A stretch of 64,000 nt of DNA from IMG/VR virus record IMGVR_UViG_3300020437_000005, positions 1 to 64,000 of that record; one strand, written 5' to 3'. Both the position numbers and the translations under genes were made by a program. This document shows, piece after piece, positions 9,972 through 23,700 of the stretch (positions are counted from its first letter, which is position 1; each line of letters opens with the position of its first letter). The notes beneath the pieces are model-generated. The model searched no databases and had not been told where the DNA came from. It saw nothing but the letters and a program-made list of their open reading frames with translations. Origin of the DNA: a virus.

Positions 9972-11615
9972 ATGACAGCACCGAATATTAGGTTTAAGCG
10001 TTCCGCTGTTGCAGGAAAGCGACCTACAAGCTCCCAGTTGCCTTTGGGTGAACTGGCTTTAAACACATATGATGGACAACTTTTTACTCAGGTAGATACC
10101 GGTGGAGTTGGAATTGGCACAACAGTAATCTCACTGACTCCTTGGAAAGAAATTTTCGGGACTGGTGCAGTCTTTTACGAACATAATGTAGGTATTGGAT
10201 CTAATAATCCGGCAGAAAAGTTGTCGGTTGAGGGAGACGCACGAGTTAGTAATGATCTCATTGTAGATGGGAGAATAAATGCTACCGGAGATTTATATAC
10301 TGATACAATAAGAAGATATACAGATAATAATACTAGCACAAAGATTACTTTAGAAAGCGACAAGATGCGCTTCTTTGTGACTAATGGGGTTACCCCAAAA
10401 CTTTCTATTCAAAGTGGTGTTACAGTCAATAGCAACTTAAATGTTGTTGGATTTTCAACTCTTGGAAGTACAGAAATTTCTGGAAACTTAGAAGTTGATG
10501 GTAGTGCTGAAATTGATGGACAGTTTCAGGTTGATGGTTTTGCAGATTTTCATGAAGATGTCCGAATTCTGGGCAAACTTGAGATTCTAAATGAGGTTGA
10601 AGTTGGTAGTATTATTGGTGACGGATCTGGATTATCTGGTATCGTTACTGGACTCACCGCCGGAAGTGGTATTTCAATCACTAATACGGGTGGAATTTAT
10701 GAGATTGCATCAACTGGTTCTGGATCTGGTATAGGTACGGGAATACTATCTGAAACTGATACCTTGGACAGTGTCACCGATAGGGGAAATCATACTACCA
10801 ATACAGTTACTGTAGGTGGACTCAATGTCTTTGGTATTAGTAGTTTCAATGATAAGGTCTATGTTCAGGGGCCTCTTCATGCAGGAAACACTTCGAGTGG
10901 ATCGGTTGGGACAATTAATCAGGTTTTAGTTTCAACTGGAATTGGTGTTACTTGGAAAAACATTGCGGGACTAACTAACCCACCACCAAATAGTGGAGCA
11001 ACAGAGGCAGGAGCATTTCGTGAAACTCATAAACATGTAGCTTTACCTCAACAGAGATACATTTTTGTAGATTATATGCCAAATTACCTTGACATTTTTG
11101 TCAATGGCGTCAAATTGGCAGATGGAGAATATACAGCAGACAACGGCAGTTCCATTTATTTTGCAGAGGAACTTTTTGGAGGAGATACTGTTGAAATACA
11201 TGCGTATAGTCCCATATCAAATTGGATTGAAAGTATTAATAATAAAGATCTGACGATATTAAGAGACAATTATTCATTCGTCGCAACACAATCCATGACA
11301 ACATACGACGTTACACATAACGATGGATTCATTGACATCTTTGTCAATGGTGTGAGATTAAATTCAACAGAATATAGTTCAGTTAATGATCAAACCATCG
11401 TTTTTAACGAGAGATTCTTTGGTGGGGAGAGAGTTGACATACATGTTTACAACCGATATTCATCTTTGATATCATCATCTTCGAAGATGATTGATACTCC
11501 ACCATCAAGTTCGAGTGATGTGGGTATACCAGGTCAGACAGCTTATGATGAAAACTATCTTTATGTTTGCACTGCTTCAAATACTTGGAAGAGAACCGTA
11601 TTGGAAGACTGGTAA
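9972..11615 (+). CDS. Tail fibre-like structural protein
   Basis: N-terminal 'IRFKRS..GELALNT.DG' motif; two 'DIFVNGV.L..EY' domains; C-terminal 'GQTAYDENYLYVC...WKR'. Confidence 0.65.
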   Translation: MTAPNIRFKRSAVAGKRPTSSQLPLGELALNTYDGQLFTQVDTGGVGIGTTVISLTPWKEIFGTGAVFYEHNVGIGSNNPAEKLSVEGDARVSNDLIVDGRINATGDLYTDTIRRYTDNNTSTKITLESDKMRFFVTNGVTPKLSIQSGVTVNSNLNVVGFSTLGSTEISGNLEVDGSAEIDGQFQVDGFADFHEDVRILGKLEILNEVEVGSIIGDGSGLSGIVTGLTAGSGISITNTGGIYEIASTGSGSGIGTGILSETDTLDSVTDRGNHTTNTVTVGGLNVFGISSFNDKVYVQGPLHAGNTSSGSVGTINQVLVSTGIGVTWKNIAGLTNPPPNSGATEAGAFRETHKHVALPQQRYIFVDYMPNYLDIFVNGVKLADGEYTADNGSSIYFAEELFGGDTVEIHAYSPISNWIESINNKDLTILRDNYSFVATQSMTTYDVTHNDGFIDIFVNGVRLNSTEYSSVNDQTIVFNERFFGGERVDIHVYNRYSSLISSSSKMIDTPPSSSSDVGIPGQTAYDENYLYVCTASNTWKRTVLEDW

Positions 11616-11621
11616 ACATTT

Positions 11622-11628
11622 CTAAATA
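11622..11628 (+). promoter_or_regulatory. T4-like late promoter (CTAAATA)
   Basis: ~100 nt upstream of the giant fibre gene, which has an AAGGAG SD before ATG 11732. Confidence 0.7.
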
Positions 11629-11731
11629 AACATAGCGAGTCCTAGCACTTGGGGTGATATTTCCATGCGAAGACGGCTAAGTTGTTATTTTAAGATCTTA
11701 ATTTAACCCCTAACAAGGAGAAAATAAACAC

Positions 11732-14700
11732 ATGGCATTTAATAGAGAACTTTCGCAATTTGCGAATTATCTCGTCCTGGATGCTGGCGGTAACTATATC
11801 GGTATTTCCACTGCGGAATCAGACGCAAATGTGGGTATCGGTTCTGCAACACCTGAGTCAAAACTGACTGTTGATGGTGACGCAAAAGTTAGCGGCATGA
11901 TGACTGCGACGGGAGGATTCAGCGGAGACCTATTTGGTACTGCTGATTTCGCAAAGCAAGCGCATAGTTTGACCACAGCAAGAAATATTTCACTTGCTGG
12001 TGACATTAACGGTACTGTTTCTTTTGACGGTACTGAAGATGTTACAATTCAAACTGTAATTCAAAACAATAGTATTGTCCTTGGCGACGATACCGAAGGT
12101 AATTATGTACAAGATATTTCTGCTGGTTCAGCAAATATCGAAGTCACTGGTTCCGGAACAGAGACTGCTTCCGTAACTATCGATCTGTCTGATACAACTG
12201 TATCTGCGGGTTCATATGGTTCAATCAGTGAAGTTCCTGTTCTGGAGATCGATCCAAAGGGTCGTATCACAAATGCATCTACAGTTACAGTTGCAACAGA
12301 TCTGAATATTGCTGGTGATACTGGTTCTGATGCAGTTGATCTGCTGAATGGAACTTTCTCAGTCACTGGTGGCACATATGTTGACACTGACGCTGCAAAT
12401 GATGGCGTTAACATCACTGTAAGAGGTACTTCACAGAACACTCCAGATTATCTGGTTGCTCGTGATGCTTCTGGTAACTTCTCTGCGGGTATGATTACCG
12501 CAGATCTGACAGGTAATCTGACTGGTACTGCACAGTTCGCGACTGATGCACACGGTCTGACAACCTCACATACATTCAAAGTTTCCGGAGATGGTACTGC
12601 TCCTGCTATTACATTTGATGGTACGCAAGATGTTGACCTGAACCTGACACTGGAGAATACTGGTGTTGCTTCTGGTGATTATGGTTCAACAACCACAATC
12701 CCAACATTCACAGTTGACTCAAAGGGTCGTCTGACTGCAGCAGCAAATGTTCAATTAGATACAACTCTGAATGTTTCTTCAGATTCTGGTGCAATCGCAA
12801 TCGATCAGCAGACTGAAACTCTGGCGATCGAAGGTGTTGATGGAGAAATCGACGGCGTTGCTTCTGGCAACAAAGTAGAACTGAGCCTGGTTGATACAGG
12901 AGTATCTGCTGGTGCATATGGCAACAAGACAACAATTCCTACATTCACAGTTGATGCGAAAGGTCGTATCACTGGTGCAGGAACAACTCACGTCTATACA
13001 ACTCTGAATGTTGCTTCTGATTCGGGCAACATTGCAATTGAACAACAGATTGAAACTCTGACAATCGAAGGTGCAAACGGACAGATTGATGGTGTTGCTT
13101 CAGGTAACGGCATTGAACTGAGTCTGGTTGATACTGGTGTAACTGCTGGAGATTATGGTTCAGGTTCTTTCGTTCCTGTAATCAGCGTTGATGCAAAAGG
13201 TCGCATTACATCTGCTTCAACAACTGAAATCGGTACCAACCTGAGTGTTGCTGCTGATTCTGGTTCAGAAACAGTTGATCTTCTGACCGATACTCTGACA
13301 GTAACTGGTGGAACTAACGTAACCACACAGCTTCTGAACGACGAAGTCACAGTCAATCTGGATGCAGACATTGCTCTGACAAGTATTGACCTGTCAGGAA
13401 CTCTGGATGTTGATGGAACATCAACTCTTGGCGTACTGGAAGCTGGTGCTTCTACATTGGCTTCTGCTGATGTAACTGGTGCTGCTTCAGTTGGAGGAAC
13501 ACTCGACGTAACTGGCGCTACAACCGTTGACGCATTTACTGCTGGTGCTTCTACAATTGCATCTGCTTCAATCACAGGCGCTGCTACAGTTGGAACAACT
13601 CTGGGCGTAACCGGAACTTCAACTCTGGGCGTGTTGGTTGCTGGTGCTTCAACACTGGATTCAGCTTCTGTCACTAACAATACCACCATCGGTGGCACAC
13701 TTGGTGTAACAGGAACTTCAACTCTTGGTGTACTGAATGCTGGTGCAACATCAGTTGATAGTCTGACTACAACTGGCATTGCTGCTGTTGGTACAAATCT
13801 GACTGTTGGTGGTACTGCAATCATCGATGGTACAACACAACTCAAATCTGGCGCACAACTTGATTCCACACTTTCTGTCGCAGGTGCAACCACACTTGCT
13901 TCTACACTGGGTGTATCTGGTGCAACTACACTCGCAGGTCTGACTGCTGGTGATTCTACTCTGGCATCCGCTAGTGTAACTGGTGCTGCTACAGTTGGCG
14001 CATCCCTAAACGTAAATGGCGCAACTTCACTTGCTGGATTAACTGCTGCTGCAACTTCAGTTGATTCTCTTGGAGTTGTTGGAGCTGCAACAGTTGGAAC
14101 AACTCTGGACGTAACCGGTAAGTCAACTCTTGGCGTACTTGAAACAACTGCAAATGCAAAGGTTGAGTCACTGGAAGTTACAAATGCTGCTGACCTCAAG
14201 TCAACTCTTGATGTAACTGGAGACACAACACTTGCTGGACTGACTGCTGGTGCTTCAACACTGGATTCAGCTACAATCACAAATGACGCCGTCATCGGTG
14301 GAGACGCAACTGCAACTTCATTCAAGACTGGTGCTCTTGGATCTGCAATTATCGTTAACAACGATTCAATTACTGGTCCTTCTTCAATCACTATTGATCC
14401 TGGTGCTGATCAAACTGGTGATGGTACTCTGTACGTTCTGGGTAACCTGCAAGTCAAGGGTACACAAACTGTTATTGATTCAACAGTCGTTTCTGTTGAA
14501 GATCTGAACATCGTTGTTGCTAAGAACGCTGCAAATGATGCTGCTGCTGATGGTGGTGGTTTCACTGTTGAGTCTGGCGATGGCAATAAGACCTTCCAAT
14601 ACGAAGGTGATGCACTTGAGCAGAACTTCGGTTCCTCTGAGAATCTGAATCTTGCTCTGGGTAAAGTTTATAAGATCAATAACGTCGAAATCCTGAGTGC

Positions 14701-17700
14701 AACTACTCTGGGTGGTTCTGTTATCAACTCTTCACTGACATCTGTCGGTACTCTGGTTGATCTGGATGTTGCTGGTGCAACTACACTTGGCGACACTCTT
14801 GATGTTGCTGGTGATACTACACTTGCTGGTCTGACTGCTGGTGCTTCTACATTAGCTTCTGCTACTGTAACTGGTGCTGCTACCGTTGGAACAACTCTGG
14901 GTGTAACTGGTGCTGCTACCGTTGGTGGAACTCTGGGTGTATCTGGTGCAACCACACTTGCTGGACTGACTGCTGGTTCTTCAACACTTGCATCTGCTGA
15001 TGTAACTGGTGACACTTCAGTTGGCGGCAACATTGTCGTTGATGGAACATCACAGGTTAAGTCTGCTGCACAGTTTGATTCTACAATCAACGTAACTGGC
15101 GCAACTACACTTGGTTCTACACTTGGTGTAACTGGTGCTACTACACTTGCTGGACTGACTGCTGGCGATTCAACACTGTCTTCTGCTGATGTTACTAACA
15201 ACGCAACTGTTGGTGGTACTTTAGGAGTAACTGGTGCAACTACACTTGCTGGTCTGACTGCGGGAACAACTTCAGTTGATTCTCTTGGTGTTGCTACAAA
15301 TGCAACTGTTGATGGTAACTTCGTTGTTGAAGGAACAGGAACAGTTGGCGGAGCATTCCATGCTCAAGGTTCTGCACAGTTTGACACAACTATTGACGTA
15401 ACTGGAGCTGCTACACTTGCTTCTACATTGGACGTTGCTGGTACATCAACTCTTGGCGTACTGACTGCTGGTGCATCTACATTCGCAACTGCTGATGTAA
15501 CTTCAAATGCAACAGTTGGTGGTACATTTGCTGTTACTGGAACATCTACACTGGCTGCTGTTAATGCTGCTGCAACTTCAGTAACTACATTGACAACAAG
15601 TGGTGCTGCTTCTGTTGGTACAAATCTGACTGTTGGTGGAACTGCAACTGTTGATGGTGCATTCCGCGCTAAGGATACTGCACAGTTTGATTCTAGCGTT
15701 GCTGTAACAGGAACTACAACTCTGAGTGATACTCTGGATGTTCTCGGTGCTACAACACTGACTAACACTCTGGATGTAACTGGTGCTTCTACCCTCTCAA
15801 CTGTTGATGTAACTGGTGCTGCTACCGTTGGTTCAACCCTGGACGTAACTGGTGCAACTACACTCACATCACTGACTGCTGGTGCTTCAACACTCGCATC
15901 TGCTGCTGTTACTAACAATGCAACTGTTGGTGGTTCACTGGGCGTAACTGGAGCAACAACTCTGAGTGATACTCTGGATGTATCTGGTGTAACTACACTT
16001 GCTGGTCTGACTGCTGGTGCAACTACACTTGCTTCCTCATCCGTAACAGGCAACTCTAATGTTGGTGGAAACTTCGGTGTCGTTGGTCACACTGCGCTTG
16101 ATACTGTAACTGCTGGTATTTCCACAGTTTCTACAATCGACATAACTGGTGCTGCTGCTGTAGGTGCAAACCTGACTGTTGCTGGTACTTCAACCGTTGA
16201 TGGCGTATTTACTGCAAATGCTGCTGCACAGTTTAATACAACCGCAGACGTAACTGGCGATCTAACTGTTGGCGGAGCAACTGCTCTGACATCAACTCTG
16301 GACGTAACTGGTGCTACTACACTTACAGGTCTTCTGACCGCTAATGGTGGTGCTGTTATCTCAGCTGCTCAGATCAATGGAATCATGGCAGTTAGTGGTG
16401 CAGCTGCACTGAATGGTCCAGTTTCTACTGGAGATACTCTGGACGTAACTGGTGCTGCTACACTTGATAGCACTCTGGATGTAACTGGCAACACAACACT
16501 TTCTACACTTAATGTAACTGGCCTTGCAACTCTTGATTCTTCACTCGATCTGACTGGAGACCTTACAATCAATGGTACTAAGTTCAGTATTGCTGCTGCA
16601 ACTGGTAACGCAACCGTTGGTGGTAGTATTAATGCTGACGATACCGTTACTGCTCCAGAATTTAGTGGAGAACTGAGTGGTGCTGCTGTTTCTACAAGTG
16701 CTGATGGTCTGGTTAACACCGGAATCACAACTGTTACAAACACAATTGAAGTTAAGTCTGATGATGGTTCTGTTGCTGGAATCGACCTGTTCGATGATGT
16801 CAACAATACCTACTATTCAAGACTGCAGTCTGCAACTAATGCTCAGTTGACGGATAACGTTGAAGTTACAATGCCTACCGTCAGTGGTAACATGCTGGTT
16901 GGTGATGCAAATATCTCCAACAGTGTTAACACCTCTGGTATCATTACTGCAACTTCATTCGTTGGTCCTCTGACTGGCAATGCTGATACAGTAACTGCAC
17001 TGCAAACTGCAAGAGAGTTCAGCATCATTGGTGATGTAGACGCACCTGCAGTATCTTTCGATGCAACTGGTAACGTTGTTCTGAACACAACTCTTGATTC
17101 AACTGGTGTAACTGCTGGTGACTATGGTTCATCTACACAGATTCCAACATTCACTGTTGATGAGAAAGGTCGTCTGACTGCTGCAGGTGGTGTAGATATC
17201 TCTACCGACCTGAATATCGATGCTGATGCTGGTTCAGTAGATATCAATCTTCTGACCGAGACTCTGTCAATCACTGGTTCCACATACGTCAATACTTCAG
17301 TTGATACTAACGAAGTTATTGTCAACGTTGAAGCTGGTTCTGCAAACGTAGTCAGCACACTGGTTGCAAGAGATGCATCTGGTAACTTCGCTGCTGGCGA
17401 AATCACTGCAACTCGCTTTATCGGTCTTGCCGATCGCGCAACTCAGTTAGAGAACACCCGTACATTTGCTGCTTCTGGCGATGCAACTGCACCTGCTGTT
17501 GACTTCAACGGAACACAGAGTCCTGTTCTGAACTTGACTCTGAACAATGTTAATACTAACGTTGGAACATTTGGTTCACCAAGTCAGATTGCACAGGTCA
17601 CAGTTAATGCTAAGGGTCTTGTAACTGGCGTAACTAACGTTGCTATCTCCACTTCACTGTCAATCGGCGACGGTTCAGGATCTGGTTCCGTTGAACTGAT

Positions 17701-20700
17701 GGATGGTAATCTGAGCCTTCTGGGTAGTGATTATATTGAAACTTCAGTTTCTGGAACTGACTTCACAATCTCCCTGAAAGGAGATTCTGCGAATGTTGCA
17801 GATAAGGCTGTCGTAAGAGATGAAAATGGCAACTTCGCTGCTGGAACAATTACTGCTGACCTGACTGGTAGAGCACTGATTGCAACAACTGCTGACGAAC
17901 TTGAGACCACAAGAAACATCTCAATTGATGGTCCTGTCGTAGGTAATGTTGACTTCAATGGTGGTTCTGATGTTACTATCAGTGTAACTCAACAACCAGA
18001 TTCCGTTGAACTGAGAACACACACAACTGGCGACTATGTTGAGTCTGTTGCTGATTCTGGTCTGAGCGATATCACAATTGCTGGTAACGGCGAAGGTGGT
18101 GCTGTACAGGTTGGTCTGACAACAACTGGCGTAAGTGCTGGAACATATGGTGCAACTGGTTCACTGCCTATCTTCACTGTAGATAGCAGAGGTCGTATCA
18201 CATCCGCAACAACAACTTCAGTTTCTACTGAACTCTCAATCACTGGTGACAGTGGTAGCGATTCTGTTGATCTGCTGAACGATACACTCGACTTCGAAGG
18301 TGATTCAAACCTGACAACTGAAGTTACCGATAACAAGGTTTCTGTTTCACTGAATCAGAACGTTGCTGTATCCGGTAACATGGATGCTGCTTCATTCAGA
18401 ACAGGTAACGAAGGCGATTCCATCATCGTTACAGGAACATCCATTACTGGTCCTTCTTCAATCACAATCGATCCTGCCGGTATCGGCGACAATACAGGCG
18501 AACTGTATGTCATGGGCGATCTGATTGTTAAGGGTACAACTACAACCGTTAACTCCGTTGAGTTGGCTGTTGCTGATAAGAACATCACTCTGGCAGACGG
18601 TGCTACAAGCAACGCTGTTGCAAATGGTGGTGGTCTTACAATCGAGGCTGGTGCTGATGGCGCTAAGACCTTCCAATTCGAAGAGATTGGTCTGAACTTC
18701 GGTTCATCCGAGAACATGAATCTTGCTGTAAGTAAGGTTTATAAGATTGACAATACTTCAGTTCTGAGTGCTACAACACTGGGTACTGCCGTTGTTAACT
18801 CTTCCCTGGAAGTTGTTGGAACAATCAACACTGGTGTATGGCAGGGCACTGCAATCAATGATGACTACATTGACTTCATTGATAATGCAAACAAGGTCAA
18901 GATTTCTGCTCTTGACATCGATGCTGTTGCTGAAATCGGCACACCAATCGCTGATGGCGATCTGATGATCATCGACGATGGTGCTGATGGAACTAACCGC
19001 AGCATGACAGTTGATCGTATGCCTGTTTATACCTTCAGTAAGGTATCTGGAGACATTCTGATCGATTCTACTGGTGTCGCAACAATCCAGCCAAACTCTG
19101 TTGATCTTGCAACAGATACAACTGGTAACTATGTTGCTACAATTACCGCTACAAACATTGATGTTACCAACTCCGGTACAGAAGATGCTGCTGTAACCCT
19201 GGATCTTTCCGATACAACAGTAACTGCTGGTTCATACGGTTCTACAACTGCAATTCCTACATTTACAGTTGACGAGAAAGGTCGTCTGACCGCAGCTGGT
19301 ACAGTTCAAGTTGACACAACACTGGATGTTTCATCTGATGTTGGTTCAATTGATATTGATCAACAGACTGAAACTCTGGCAATCGAAGGTGTTGACGGAG
19401 AAATCAGCGGTACTGCAACTGGAACCAAGGTTGAGCTTGGACTGGTTGACACTGGTGTTGCTGCTGGATCTTATGGTTCTGCAACTGCAATCCCAACATT
19501 CACAGTTGATGCAAAGGGTCGCCTGAGCGAGTCTTCAACTGTTGCAATCGGAACTGCTATGACCCTTGCTGGTGATACAGGTTCTGAAGTCATTGAGTTC
19601 CTCAATGATACTATGACAATTGCTGGTGATACTCACGTATCAACAGACGCTTCTAATGATGTGTTGACAATCAGCGTTGACGCAACAAGTGCTGCTACAC
19701 CAAGTACAATGGTTGCTCGTGATGCAGACGGTAGTTTCTCTGCCCATGTAATCACTGCCAATGTATTTGATGGAGACCTCAATTCCACCGGTATTTCAAC
19801 ATTCTCAAATGATCTTCAGATCGGTAAGAGACTGATTGACGCTGGCGGTAGTAGTGGTGGAGAAAAACAGACCATTGGTGTTAACACGACAACTGGTTAT
19901 CTTGAGTGGCAAGATCTGACTGACATTCTTCCACAAACAAGAACAACTCAATCACAAGTCGCAGCTGAAGGCGATACACAATTCTTCTTCGATTATAATG
20001 CAAACTTCCTTGACGTATTCGTTAATGGTGTTAAGTTAAACCTCAACGAGTATACAGCAACCGACGAGACTTCAATCACACTCGTAGAACCTCTGTTCGA
20101 AGGTGATGTTGTTGAATTCCACTCATATGCTGTTGCTGGTGGTGGACTTGGTGTTGTTGAATTCATGGGAGACCTGAAAGATGTAACACTTGGTGCTCTT
20201 GCACAGAATGATGTTCTGGTCTACAACGGTGCAGGATTCGTTAACCAACAGTCTATAAGTCTGTCTGGTGGTATTACAGGTGCAAGCATTGATGCTGGCT
20301 CCGCTACTATTACTGGTGCAATTTCTGCAGATTCTGCTGCAATCACTGGTAACATTTCTGTTGGAAGTCTGACCCTGAACGGTAATGCTGCTGTTTCCGG
20401 TTCAATCATTCCATCTGCAACCAATACATACGATCTGGGTTCACCTGATAGAACTTGGAGAGATCTTTATCTTGCCGATGCTTCACTGTATATCGACGGT
20501 CAGAAGGTTCTGCATTCCGATAACGATACAATCGTTGTTTCTGCTGATCCTAACCAGAACCTGTCTGTTCAGACAACTGGAACTGGTGATATCGAACTTT
20601 CACCTGCATCTGATGTTGGTGGATCAGGAAGCGTACAACTGAAGGGTAATCTGGTTGTTAATACTGGATTTGAGATCACATCTACTGCTGGTGCTGTTAA

Positions 20701-23700
20701 GTTCAATAGCAACCTTGCTGCAGATGTTATCGAGTCTAAGACTGATGATACAAACCTCACACTGCGTGGTAACGGTGCTGGCGCTGTTGCTGTTAACGAT
20801 GACCTGACCGTTATCGGAGACATCACTGCACAGAATCTGACTGCAGATATCGATGCTTCTAACATCACATCTGGTACAGTCTCTACTGCACGTTTGGGTG
20901 CTGGAACTGCTGATGGTACTACATTCCTGAGTGGAGATGGTACTTGGAAGGAAGTTGATTCAACCGCACTGAAGGATGAAAACGGACAAATCAAGGCACA
21001 GGCATCTGCTGCTGGTCTCACTGTTAGTGGAACTCTTGCTGCTGATACTCTTGTCGGCGATCTGGATGTTGCTAACCTCTCCGGTATTGTTGATCCTGCA
21101 AACCTGGGTACAGGAACTGCAGATGCAACTACATTCCTCAGAGGCGACGGTTCATATGCTGTTGTTGATTCCACCAAACTGATTGACAGTCTGGGTGCTG
21201 ATAGAATCAATGCAACAACATCTGGCGTAACTGTTACAGGCACTGCAACTGCGGATTCATTCGTAACTGCTGGTGGTCTGGAAATGACCGGTGCTAAGTT
21301 GTCTGGTCCTGCTGAGATCGTTCTCGATCCTGCTGGTGACGATGACGTTGCTGGAACACTGAGAATCAAGGGTGATCTGATCGTTGATGGTACAACCACA
21401 ACAATCAACACTGCAACATTAGATGTAACCGATGCAAACATCACAGTCGCTAAGGGTGCAACTCTTGCTTCTGCTGTTGATGGTGCTGGTCTTACAATCG
21501 ATGGTGCAAACGCAACATTCGTATATGACTTTGCTAACTCTGCACTGAAGTCAAGTGAGAACATCAACATTGCTGCTGGTAAGGTTTATCAGGTTAACGG
21601 CAACGAAGTTCTGACTGCAACTACAGTTCTTGGTAAGTCAATGCCTACAGGTGATGTTGTTGGTTCATCCGACGCACAGACCCTGACAGCTAAGACAATC
21701 AGTGGTTCTACAAACGCATTGACCAATATTGCTAATGCTTCACTGGTTAACTCAACAGTTTCCTTCGGTGGTATCGAACTCGCACTGGGTGCATCTGATG
21801 CAACTCCTGCTTTCGATCTTGCTGACGCAACAAACCTGCCTACCACAGCACTGACTGGTACAATCACCAATGCACAACTTGCTGGTGCGATTGCTAACGA
21901 TAAACTGGCTAATCAGTCCGTTTCCTTCGGTGGTATCTCACTGAATCTTGGCGAGACCGATGCAACTCCTGCATTCGATCTGGTTGATGCAACTGGTTAC
22001 AAGACTGAGTCACTGGTTGGCACAATTGCTAACGCACAACTCGCAGGTTCTATTCCTAACGATAAACTTGCAAACAGCACAATTTCTGGACATGCACTGG
22101 GTACATCACTCAGCACATTGTCAATGTCCACTGATACACACCTCTCTGGTAGTGCAACCTATAATGGTTCTGGCGCTGCAACATTCGAGGTTAGTATTGA
22201 TGCAACCGCAACCAACACTGCAAGCACAGTTGTTGCACGCGATGCAAACGGAAACTTCGCTGCTGGTACAATTACTGCAGACCTGGCTGGTAATGCACTT
22301 ACCGCTGATCATGCAGACGATGCTGATGAAGCAATCAACTCACAGAATGTAAGAATTGATGGCGCTGCTGATGCAGACGCTACACACTACCTGATGATGT
22401 CCTCTACCGCATCCGGTCAATCCCGTGCGAAGAGTGATGGCAACCTCGTCTACAATCCATCCTCAAATACCCTGTCTACAGGTGCATTTGTTGGTAATCT
22501 GACAGGTAACGTAACAGGTAATGCTGATACAGCAACACTTGCTGCTGATTCCTCACTGCTCGGTGGAGAGTCTAAGGCATACTACGCAACCGCTGCTGAT
22601 TTGTCTGCTCTGACAACAACAGTTGGCATCGTAACATTCTCCGGTGCATATGGAGATCTCACTGGCGTTCCTACCAGCATCTCAGAGTTTGCTAATGATG
22701 CAAACTACTTGACATCTGCTGATCTCATCAGTAGTGCAAGTGAGGCTGCAACAATTGACGTTCAGTCCGATAACATCACTGATACTGAGAGATTCCTGAC
22801 ATTCGTACAAAACGGAACAGGATTCCAGAACGTTGCTACAGATTCCGATCTGAAGTACAACCCTGCTCTTAACAGACTGACCGCTGACTTGTTCAGAGGT
22901 GCTGTTGAAGGTGACGTAACTGGTGACCTGACTGGTAATGCTGATACAGCAACAACTGCAACTAACCTTGCAAATGCTGCTAACATCAACGCTGGTCTGA
23001 TCAATCAGGACAGAATCCCTGCAACACTGAATAAGGATATCAGTGGAACTGCTGCTGAAGCAACTAGACTGGGTGGACAACTTCCTTCCTACTATGCTGT
23101 TGCTGCAGATCTGAATGCCGAGACCGCCGCAAGAACATCTGCTGTTTCTGATGAAGAAACTGCAAGAATTTCTGCAGATGGTGTACTGGATGGTAAGATC
23201 GATGATGAGATTGCAAACAGAACTGCTGCGATTTCCGCAGAAGTAACTGCAAGAAATAATGCAATCACAAATGCAGTCGATGCTGCTACAGCACTGTATG
23301 AAGCGGCTGACACTACACTCCAGACCAACATTGATAATGAGGCATCAACTCGTGCCAACGCTGATACTGCTCTGTCTGGTAGATTGGATACCCTTGAGGC
23401 TGATCCAACAACTGCAACTGCATTGAGTACAGAAACAATTGCTAGAACAAATGCTGACACAGCATTGTCTGCAAGACTTGATACTCTTGAAGCTGATCCA
23501 ACATCTGCAACTGCTCTGAGTTCTGAGTCTGCTGCTAGAACAAATGCTGACACAGCATTGTCTGCAAGACTTGATACTCTTGAAGCTGATCCAACAACCG
23601 CAGCTGCTCTGAGTTCAGAAGCATCAACCCGTGCAAATGCTGACACTGCTCTGTCCGGTAGACTTGATACATTAGAAGCTGATCCTACAACTGGTGCTGC

